Assembly (NCBI GenBank): GCA_051009955.1
Contig: JBPCWB010000099.1
Span: 1-46,760 of the forward strand
DNA length: 46,760 bases
Direction of reading: 5' to 3'
Source of the DNA: Hyphomicrobiaceae bacterium
Lineage (GTDB): Bacteria > Pseudomonadota > Alphaproteobacteria > Rhizobiales > Hyphomicrobiaceae
Shown here: one piece after another, positions 39,602-46,760 of the stretch
How positions within the stretch are numbered: position 1 is the stretch's first letter
Layout: every line of letters starts with the position of its first letter
Position numbers and translations under genes: made by a program
The notes under the pieces: generated by a model
Told to the model about the DNA's origin: nothing
What the model saw: the letters and a program-made list of their open reading frames with translations, nothing else
The model's database searches: none

Positions 39602-40636
39602 TCATGGGGACATCTTTCCTGGCACATCCTCGCAGCTATTCCGCCACCGCTGCACGATTTCATCAGCAATGAACTGCGCCGAGTTCAAGGGCGCATACGT
39701 CCAGGCTTCGAGTTCCACCACGCGCTCGGGCAGGGGACGAGTCGCACCGTACGCCTGCAGGGCCGCATGGAAGCGATCAAACTTCGCGGATCCGCCCGAA
39801 GGTGCGAACACAAACACTGGGCGTCCCGTCGAACAAGCCTCTCCCGTCATATTCACTGAGTCGGCCGTAACAACCAGCCAATCGGCATGAGCCAGGAAAT
39901 GCATATAGGGATTTTCCCCATCTCCCGTCCACACAATGCGAGGCGCGCTGTTGGTCGCACGATCGACGGCATCGAATAACCGCTGATGTGTCCGACGCGA
40001 CGTGGTAATCATGAAACTGGCCCCGAGTGAGGCAATTGAGGCAAGACCTACTTCCAGGCGCGCGTCGTCCTCCTCGCGAAACTTGTAAACTGCATTTTTT
40101 CCGCCCAGCACGACTGCAACCCGGGGCGCCGGCAGAGCTGCAATCGGGTCGGGTATCTGTGCGCGTTCGGCCTTCAAGATTTCTGGGGAAATATAGTGTG
40201 GCGACGTTAGCGTCGTAATGACATTGGCACCACGGCGGCGGTCATGTTGCGGCACCCAGATCAGGTCTGCCGTATCGCGGCCCGTCTTCGGATCTTGCAG
40301 AACAACTGTGAAACATTGCGGCCCTGCATGACGCTTTAAGGCCCGCAAGTAAGGAATACTGGCACGCCCCGTCGCGATGGCAACGTCGGGCCATGGCGGC
40401 GCAAAATGCGAGCCCGGTTGCCCGAACCGATCGCCGCCCGGAACTGGGCCCCATGGCGCGAGAATGCGTGACAGGCCGGTCGGGACGACCTCTTTCAAGG
40501 TATAGTCGAGACCCAAGGCATCCGCGACACCTCGGACCTGCACGACCATGCCGGCCTTGCCATCGGTGATCACCCAACCACGTTTGCCTTGCAATGTCTG
40601 GCCTGTCATCGCGATCTCGGAAATATTGACCGTCAT
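39602..40636 (-). CDS. ELM1/DUF1022 family protein (mitochondrial-fission-ELM1-like, GT-B-like fold)
   Basis: GKRGWVITDGKAGMVVQVRGVADALGL at the N-terminus is typical of the family. The start is uncertain (40702, 40636 or 40609). Confidence 0.75.
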   Translation of the reverse strand: MTVNISEIAMTGQTLQGKRGWVITDGKAGMVVQVRGVADALGLDYTLKEVVPTGLSRILAPWGPVPGGDRFGQPGSHFAPPWPDVAIATGRASIPYLRALKRHAGPQCFTVVLQDPKTGRDTADLIWVPQHDRRRGANVITTLTSPHYISPEILKAERAQIPDPIAALPAPRVAVVLGGKNAVYKFREEDDARLEVGLASIASLGASFMITTSRRTHQRLFDAVDRATNSAPRIVWTGDGENPYMHFLAHADWLVVTADSVNMTGEACSTGRPVFVFAPSGGSAKFDRFHAALQAYGATRPLPERVVELEAWTYAPLNSAQFIADEIVQRWRNSCEDVPGKMSP

Positions 40637-40778
40637 TGTGCCTTGATACGCCGGCGAGCAACTGAGTCGACGGGGCGTCACGCCGCACAGGCACCCGTGC
40701 ACGACAAATCAACGTGACAACAAGTGCAACGGTCATAGAATATCATCTGCACGAAATTGATTGAAAGCCCGCACCCTG

Positions 40779-41270
40779 ATGGCTGCCACGCTTGATGCCA
40801 CCGACTGGCGTATCCTCAAAGAACTCTCGCAGAATGGACGGATTACCAATGTGCAGCTTGCACAGCGCGTCGGCATTACCGCGCCACCTTGCCTGCGCCG
40901 CGTCCGAGCTCTTGAAGCGGCCGGACTAATCCGTGGCTACCACGCCGAACTCGATCAGGCTGAACTGGGATATGAACTAACCGTCCTCGTCATGGTTTCG
41001 CTCCACACCCAATCCGAAGTCGACCTTCACGCTTTTGAGAACGCCGTACTCGGATGGCCGCTCGTACGCGAATGCTACATGCTGTCAGGCGAGACCGATT
41101 ACTACCTCAAGTGCATCGCTCCGACGATGACCATGTTTCAGGACTTCCTGATCAATCAACTCTCCGCGGCACCGAATGTTGCCAGCGTCAAAACGGCAGT
41201 CACCATCAAGCGCACCAAGCATGAACCGGGTGTCCCGTTCGAACACCGACCGTCAACCGTTGGAACCTGA
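40779..41270 (+). CDS. Lrp/AsnC family transcriptional regulator
   Basis: Contains LDATDWRILKELSQNGRITNVQLAQRVGITAPPCLRRVRALEAAGLI and a C-terminal RAM/AsnC_trans_reg domain. Start placed at the first ATG; the ORF-track start at 40761 is a TTG. Confidence 0.9.
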   Translation: MAATLDATDWRILKELSQNGRITNVQLAQRVGITAPPCLRRVRALEAAGLIRGYHAELDQAELGYELTVLVMVSLHTQSEVDLHAFENAVLGWPLVRECYMLSGETDYYLKCIAPTMTMFQDFLINQLSAAPNVASVKTAVTIKRTKHEPGVPFEHRPSTVGT

Positions 41271-41285
41271 CTTCTGTCAAGGCAG

Positions 41286-42851
41286 CTATTCGCGCAGGAG
41301 GGCGTAGTTCCACTCGGTGTGGCGGTAGCCGGTTCGCTTGTAGACGTGATGCCAGGGCGCCTTGTACGTCACAACAGGACTGGTGATGCCCGCTTCCGCG
41401 AGATGCCGGATCATCGATGCACGTGGTTCGCGCAAGCCAATCTTGCCACCGACCTGCCAGACGATTGCCACCGGTCTGCGTTGTCCGGCTCGCTTCAGCA
41501 GCGCCTCAATACCATTGCGTCGACCCATAACGATCTTGGCCTCCGGGATCCGGAGTCGAAGGTTTCCGGCCAACTCCGACTCGAACGCTAAGATCGCCCC
41601 AGTAGGTGTGAAGCCCTGCTGAACCAACGTCTCCGCAAGATCCGTATAGGGAACCCCCCAACGGCAGATCTTGCAGACCGGGTCCAGGACAAACATGTTC
41701 GCGGCCCGCGCAACAAAGGCAAACGCGATGATGGCGAATGAGATGATCGCCCACCGACGCATTTGCGCGGCGGTCGGTTCGCCGAGGTAGATCAGAACGA
41801 ACAGCAGAACCAACGCCGGCGGCAGAAATGACAGCAGATCGTGATTGGCGTAGCGCACATAGGAGAACGCAACTCCGCTCAGAAACAGCAGGACGAAGGC
41901 AGCACATGTGTAGATCGCAAGAAAACGATGAATTGGCCGACCGTGCCAATTAATTCGCGGAAAAATCCGGACACGAAAATGATCCCGAACAGTCGGCAAT
42001 GACGCCAACAGGAGAAAGATCAGAAGCGACCAGAAAAATCCGAATGGCGCCCCGGCTGCTTTTCGCAAAACCCTCCAGAACGTGTGATAGGAACTATCGT
42101 TGGTGAAGATCGTTTGCACGCCGCCCAATGCTGTCCAGCCGTCCGCTTCGCGCAGGGCCCACAGATAGTATGGCGCAACCGTCGCAACCGCGACTGCAAG
42201 GCTGAGCAGTAGTGGCCAGCGGAAGACCTTGGGCCGGACCTCTCTCTCGATCGCGGCGGCCGTGAGAAAACTGAGGATCGCTATCGCGAAGTTATGCGCT
42301 GACAAGAGACCAAGCCCGAAGACCAGGCCAAGCAACACGAAGTCACGCGTCCGCCCCAAGGCGATCAGACGAAGCAAAATGTAGAGAGACAGAGCCGCAA
42401 AAAACATCGCCGGAATAATTCCGGTGAAGCCTTCATGAAACCGCCAGCCCACGTGATAGATGAGGGTCAGCGCTTCCGCCGTGATGACTGACCAGACGCC
42501 GTCACGCGTGATTTCGAAGGTCGCCAGGTAGATGGCCGCAATGGTCCCAATCAGAAACGCATACTTGACCAGCTGGAAGCCGAGGAGTGTGGGACCGCCG
42601 ACGCGTTGTGTCAGCCACATCACCCATTCGAAGAGCGGCGGCTGGCCCAATGAATAGCCGGACGCAAGCTCTTGAATGTAGACATTGGTGAGTGGGTCGT
42701 CTTCGCCGAGATTTGGTGACGCCAGCAGTCGCGCCGCAATGTGGACGGCGCTGTAGACCACGGCCATCGCCACAGCCAACCAGAAATACCGCCATCGATC
42801 GCCGCCGTCCGCGACTGTCCCGCCCGTCGGCTCAGCAGCGGCGGACACCAC
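41286..42851 (-). CDS. ArnT/PMT-like (GT39/GT83-type) membrane glycosyltransferase
   Basis: 521 aa with more than 10 transmembrane segments. The first periplasmic loop carries an acidic motif (NLGEDDPL), and the C-terminal domain is soluble. Confidence 0.75.
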   Translation of the reverse strand: MVSAAAEPTGGTVADGGDRWRYFWLAVAMAVVYSAVHIAARLLASPNLGEDDPLTNVYIQELASGYSLGQPPLFEWVMWLTQRVGGPTLLGFQLVKYAFLIGTIAAIYLATFEITRDGVWSVITAEALTLIYHVGWRFHEGFTGIIPAMFFAALSLYILLRLIALGRTRDFVLLGLVFGLGLLSAHNFAIAILSFLTAAAIEREVRPKVFRWPLLLSLAVAVATVAPYYLWALREADGWTALGGVQTIFTNDSSYHTFWRVLRKAAGAPFGFFWSLLIFLLLASLPTVRDHFRVRIFPRINWHGRPIHRFLAIYTCAAFVLLFLSGVAFSYVRYANHDLLSFLPPALVLLFVLIYLGEPTAAQMRRWAIISFAIIAFAFVARAANMFVLDPVCKICRWGVPYTDLAETLVQQGFTPTGAILAFESELAGNLRLRIPEAKIVMGRRNGIEALLKRAGQRRPVAIVWQVGGKIGLREPRASMIRHLAEAGITSPVVTYKAPWHHVYKRTGYRHTEWNYALLRE

Positions 42852-42860
42852 CGGCCAGAC

Positions 42861-43334
42861 CTATTTCCACTCGATCTTCAGAACTTCGTAGGATCGCGCG
42901 CCCTTGGGCGTTGTCACTTCAACGGACTCGCCAATCGCCTTTCCAATCAACGCGCGCGCAATCGGCGACGTGATCGAGACCTTTCCGGCCTTCACATCCG
43001 CTTCCATCTCGCCGACGATCTTATAGGTCACTTGTTCCTCGGTATCTTCATCCTCGAGTTTGAGTGTTGCACCGAACTTGACAGTATCACCGGACAACGT
43101 TGCGGGATCGATGACGTCCGCGCGGCCAATCTTGTCTTCCAGTTCTGCAACCTTGGCTTCGTTCATGCCCTGGGCTTCTTTCGCCGCATGGTACTCGGCG
43201 TTCTCAGACAAGTCACCATGCGCACGCGCCTCAGCAATCGCCTGAATAATGCGCGGACGTTCCTCCGACTTGAGGCGATGCAGCTCCGCTTCCATAGCGG
43301 CATAACCTTCAACCGTCACAGGTACTCGTTCCAT
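42861..43334 (-). CDS. greA: Transcription elongation factor GreA
   Basis: The product starts [22 protein letters not shown]. It has the acidic coiled-coil tip [14 protein letters not shown] and ends ...YEVLKIEW. Confidence 0.93.
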   Translation of the reverse strand: MERVPVTVEGYAAMEAELHRLKSEERPRIIQAIAEARAHGDLSENAEYHAAKEAQGMNEAKVAELEDKIGRADVIDPATLSGDTVKFGATLKLEDEDTEEQVTYKIVGEMEADVKAGKVSITSPIARALIGKAIGESVEVTTPKGARSYEVLKIEWK

Positions 43335-43461
43335 CGACATCATTCACGTCTCCTGTTGGATCCGTTACACACCCGGATCTCGTTGACTAACAGCTACTCA
43401 CAATGTTCGAGTAAAGACCCATGGTCAGGGTCATAAAGCAGAACCTAATACAATAATGGCT

Positions 43462-46400
43462 CTAAACCAGATTTCCAATGTAGCTCTGCAATGGCGCTAC
43501 TTTCAGGATATCAGCCTTCAAGGCCTTGATCGCCTTGGTCACGGCAACGGCGCCGGCCAGCGTTGTATAGTATGGGATGTGATTCAGCAAGGCCGTTCGG
43601 CGAATATCCTTAGAGTCTTCAAGAGCTTTTGCACCATCGGTGGTATTGAACACGATGTCGATTTCTCCGTTCTTCATGGCATCGACAACGTGCGGGCGCC
43701 CTTCCAGAACCTTGTTGACGACTTCACATTGAACTCCGTTTTCTTCCAGAAAGCGCTTTGTTCCCCGAGTCGCGATAATCGTGAAGCCCATTTCATTGAG
43801 CTCACTGACCGGCTCAACGATGCCCTCCTTGTCGACATTGCGAACTGAGACAAACACCTTGCCGCCCATTGGAAGAACCTGGCCGGCGGCCAACTGCCCC
43901 TTCCCGAATGCCACTGCGAAATCGCGATCAATCCCCATGACTTCGCCAGTCGAGCGCATTTCCGGACCGAGGACCGTATCGACACCTGGAAAGCGCGCAA
44001 ATGGAAAGACGGCTTCCTTAACGGCAATATGATCTATGCGTACCGGCTTCAATCGCAGATCCGCCAGTTTCTCTCCGGCCATAATGCGGGCTGCAAGTCC
44101 GGCAACAGGCAAACCAATCACCTTGGCCACAAACGGCACGGTCCGACTGGCCCGAGGGTTGACCTCCAGGATGTAGATAACGCCGTCCTTGATCGCGAAT
44201 TGAACGTTCATTAGACCGACCACGCCGAGGGCGCGCGCAAGTTTGCCGCTCTGGCGTTCGAGTTCGGCAAGAATTTGTTCGCCGAGAGAGTAAGGCGGCA
44301 ACGAGCAAGCCGAATCACCAGAGTGGATCCCGGCTTCCTCGATATGTTCCATGATCCCAGCCACAAACACATCTTCGCCGTCACAGAGGCAATCCACGTC
44401 GACCTCAATTGCGCCGGTCAGGTAGCGATCGATTAATAGAGGTCGCTTCTCTGACACAACGAGTTCCGAGGGATTGTCCAACGTGGCAGACAACCGGGCG
44501 ACATACCGCTCCAAATCTTGCCCGTCGTGCAGAATTTCCATCGCCCGGCCACCCAGGACGTAGGACGGACGAATGACGACCGGATAGCCAACCTGTGCCG
44601 CGATCGTGCGCGCCTCGCCCGGCGACGATGCGATCCCACTCTCAGGCTGGCGCAGCGCAAGCGACTCGATCAAGGCATTGAAGCGATCGCGATCCTCGGC
44701 AAGATCAATCGCATCGGGCGACGTTCCCAGAATCGGTACGCCGGCCCCCTCGAGTGCTGCGGCAAGTTTCAACGGGGTCTGCCCGCCAAATTGGACGATA
44801 ACACCTTTCAGACTTCCAGCGGTCTTTTCAGTGCGAATGATCTCAAGCACATCCTCCGATGTCAGCGGCTCAAAATAGAGCCGATCGGACGTGTCGTAGT
44901 CTGTCGAGACTGTTTCCGGATTGCAGTTGACCATGATCGTCTCATAGCCCGCATCGGAGAGTGAGAAGCAGGCGTGGCAGCAGCAGTAGTCGAATTCAAT
45001 CCCCTGGCCGATCCGGTTCGGCCCGCCACCCAGAATGATCACCTTTTGCCGGTCCGACGGCTGGGCTTCGCAGACCGGCTGATCGATCAAACCGATCTCA
45101 TACGTCGAATACATGTAGGCCGTCGGGGATGCGAACTCCGCAGCGCACGTATCGATCCGCTTGAAGACGGGATGGACGCCCAACTTGTCCCGCCGGTCCT
45201 CAACGTCTTGTTGGCTGCAGCCCGCCAGCTGAGCCAGCCTCGCGTCTGAAAAGCCCGCCGCTTTCAACGCCCGCATCTGACCGGCGGTCGCCGGCAAGCC
45301 ATGTTTGACCACGCGCTGTTCTGTGGCAATGATCGCTCTGATTTGCGCAATAAACCAAGGATCGTAGTGGCAGAGTTCCTGCACATGTTCGTCCGAGAAC
45401 CCCAAACGGAGGGCCTGCGCGACTTTCAGAATTCGATCCGGTGCGGGTTGGCTCAACGCTGCGCGGATGACGTTCTTATCGTCACCCTGACCAAGGCCGG
45501 GGAACTGCACATCATCGAGCCCGGTCAAACCCGACTCCATCGAACGAAGCGCCTTCTGCAGGCTTTCCCCGAAAGTTCGCCCGATCGCCATGACTTCGCC
45601 GACGGATTTCATTGCCGTTGTTAGTGTCGGATCCGCACCCGGAAACTTTTCAAACGCAAACCGCGGGATCTTCGTCACAACGTAGTCGATCGTCGGTTCG
45701 AATGAAGCCGGCGTTGCCCCACCCGTGATGTCGTTCTCTAGTTCGTCGAGGGTGTAGCCAACGGCCAATCGGGCAGCCACTTTGGCAATGGGAAAGCCGG
45801 TCGCCTTCGATGCAAGAGCTGAGGAACGCGATACACGCGGATTCATCTCGATGACGACAAGGCGACCGTCGCGCGGGTTGACGGCGAACTGAACATTCGA
45901 CCCACCAGTCTCTACGCCAATCTCACGCAAGACCGCGATCGATGCATCACGCATGACCTGGTATTCTTTGTCCGTAAGCGTCAGCGCCGGCGCGACCGTC
46001 ATCGAGTCGCCGGTATGCACGCCCATCGCGTCCACATTCTCGATCGAGCAAATGATGATGCAGTTGTCCGCCTTATCGCGCACGACCTCCCTCTCGTACT
46101 CTTTCCACCCGAGCACGCTTGCTTCCACGAGCACCTGAGTTGTCGGAGACGCATCAAGTCCGCGGTCGACAATATCGAGATATTCTTGCCGGTTGTAGGC
46201 GACCCCGCCGCCGGTCCCGCCAAGCGTGAACGACGGTCGGATTATTGCGGGCAAACCGACAACTTCGAGGGCCGCTGTCGCCTCGCTCATGTTGTGAGCC
46301 AAGGACGATCGCGGCGTTTCCAAACCGATCTTCTTCATCGCCTCGCGAAAGAGTTGGCGATCTTCCGCCTTGTCGATCGCGCCGGCATCCGCACCGATCA

Positions 46401-46743
46401 ACTCAATGCCCAGCGCCGTCAGAACGCCGTTCTTTTGCAGTGCCAAAGCCGTATTCAAAGCTGTCTGGCCACCCATGGTCGGCAGCAACGCGTCCGGGCG
46501 CTCTTCCGCGAGAATACGCGCAACGATGTCGGGCGTGATGGGCTCGATGTACGTCGCATCGGCCAAATCCGGGTCGGTCATGATCGTCGCCGGATTGGAG
46601 TTCACCAGAATGATCCGGTACCCTTCGGCACGCAGAGCCTTGCAGGCCTGTGTTCCGGAATAGTCGAACTCACAGGCTTGGCCGATGACGATCGGCCCGG
46701 CCCCAATGATCATGATCGAGGAAATATCGGTTCGTTTTGGCAT
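43462..46743 (-). CDS. carB: Carbamoyl-phosphate synthase large subunit
   Basis: 1093 aa with duplicated ATP-grasp halves ([24 protein letters not shown]... / [24 protein letters not shown]...) and a C-terminal MGS-like domain. Confidence 0.97.
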   Translation of the reverse strand: MPKRTDISSIMIIGAGPIVIGQACEFDYSGTQACKALRAEGYRIILVNSNPATIMTDPDLADATYIEPITPDIVARILAEERPDALLPTMGGQTALNTALALQKNGVLTALGIELIGADAGAIDKAEDRQLFREAMKKIGLETPRSSLAHNMSEATAALEVVGLPAIIRPSFTLGGTGGGVAYNRQEYLDIVDRGLDASPTTQVLVEASVLGWKEYEREVVRDKADNCIIICSIENVDAMGVHTGDSMTVAPALTLTDKEYQVMRDASIAVLREIGVETGGSNVQFAVNPRDGRLVVIEMNPRVSRSSALASKATGFPIAKVAARLAVGYTLDELENDITGGATPASFEPTIDYVVTKIPRFAFEKFPGADPTLTTAMKSVGEVMAIGRTFGESLQKALRSMESGLTGLDDVQFPGLGQGDDKNVIRAALSQPAPDRILKVAQALRLGFSDEHVQELCHYDPWFIAQIRAIIATEQRVVKHGLPATAGQMRALKAAGFSDARLAQLAGCSQQDVEDRRDKLGVHPVFKRIDTCAAEFASPTAYMYSTYEIGLIDQPVCEAQPSDRQKVIILGGGPNRIGQGIEFDYCCCHACFSLSDAGYETIMVNCNPETVSTDYDTSDRLYFEPLTSEDVLEIIRTEKTAGSLKGVIVQFGGQTPLKLAAALEGAGVPILGTSPDAIDLAEDRDRFNALIESLALRQPESGIASSPGEARTIAAQVGYPVVIRPSYVLGGRAMEILHDGQDLERYVARLSATLDNPSELVVSEKRPLLIDRYLTGAIEVDVDCLCDGEDVFVAGIMEHIEEAGIHSGDSACSLPPYSLGEQILAELERQSGKLARALGVVGLMNVQFAIKDGVIYILEVNPRASRTVPFVAKVIGLPVAGLAARIMAGEKLADLRLKPVRIDHIAVKEAVFPFARFPGVDTVLGPEMRSTGEVMGIDRDFAVAFGKGQLAAGQVLPMGGKVFVSVRNVDKEGIVEPVSELNEMGFTIIATRGTKRFLEENGVQCEVVNKVLEGRPHVVDAMKNGEIDIVFNTTDGAKALEDSKDIRRTALLNHIPYYTTLAGAVAVTKAIKALKADILKVAPLQSYIGNLV

Positions 46744-46760
46744 AACGGGCGCCTTTTAAA

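Noticed and set aside
43416-43432. GACCC-N7-GGGTC hairpin between carB and greA
   Set aside because: It is a 5-bp stem followed only by TTTAC in the minus-strand sense. It could be a weak attenuator, but the evidence is not enough for a feature call.
42741-43436. 231-aa plus-strand ORF
   Set aside because: It is antisense to greA and the 5' end of the glycosyltransferase gene. The translation is Arg-rich and low-complexity, and greA on the other strand is unambiguous.

Overview
This is a moderately GC-rich stretch of alphaproteobacterial core chromosome, and its gene order looks Hyphomicrobiales/Rhizobiales-like. It holds about 50 tightly packed genes, mostly on the minus strand, and nearly all are recognisable housekeeping genes. 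In window order they are: lipA (5' end, cut by the window edge), two GlsB/YeaQ-type small membrane proteins, and the pyruvate dehydrogenase cluster pdhA-pdhB-pdhC-(two lipoproteins)-lpdA. Then come ftsB, eno, queF, an acyltransferase, thrS, two periplasmic solute-binding proteins, a Sel1-repeat protein, yidD, an IscU/NifU-like scaffold, folE and hisI. These are followed by a patatin-like lipase, a CBS protein, a rhomboid protease, a PAS_5/PilZ/BTLCP trio, a gamma-carbonic-anhydrase-like protein, DUF3126 and cysE. Next is a methyl-cycle operon (SahR-like regulator, metF, split metH), then an MlaC-like protein, ettA and a DsbA-like protein. The window ends with a CPBP protease, a 2OG-Fe(II) oxygenase, an ELM1-like protein, an Lrp regulator, an ArnT/GT39-like glycosyltransferase, greA and carB. 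I found no rRNA, tRNA, CRISPR array, IS element, integrase, prophage or recognisable defence genes, so there is no obvious accessory island. The most interesting loci are these: (1) methionine synthase is split into two genes, with two uncharacterised tail-anchored membrane-protein genes at the break point, all inside a putative SahR-controlled operon that has a clear AT-rich palindromic operator; (2) a PAS_5 - tandem-PilZ - LapG-like periplasmic cysteine protease trio with no LapD or LapA partners nearby; (3) a small AT-rich transcription unit encoding a 27-aa hydrophobic peptide with a near-perfect Shine-Dalgarno sequence and a strong bidirectional terminator. All family calls come from reading motifs in the supplied translations. 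No database searches were run.
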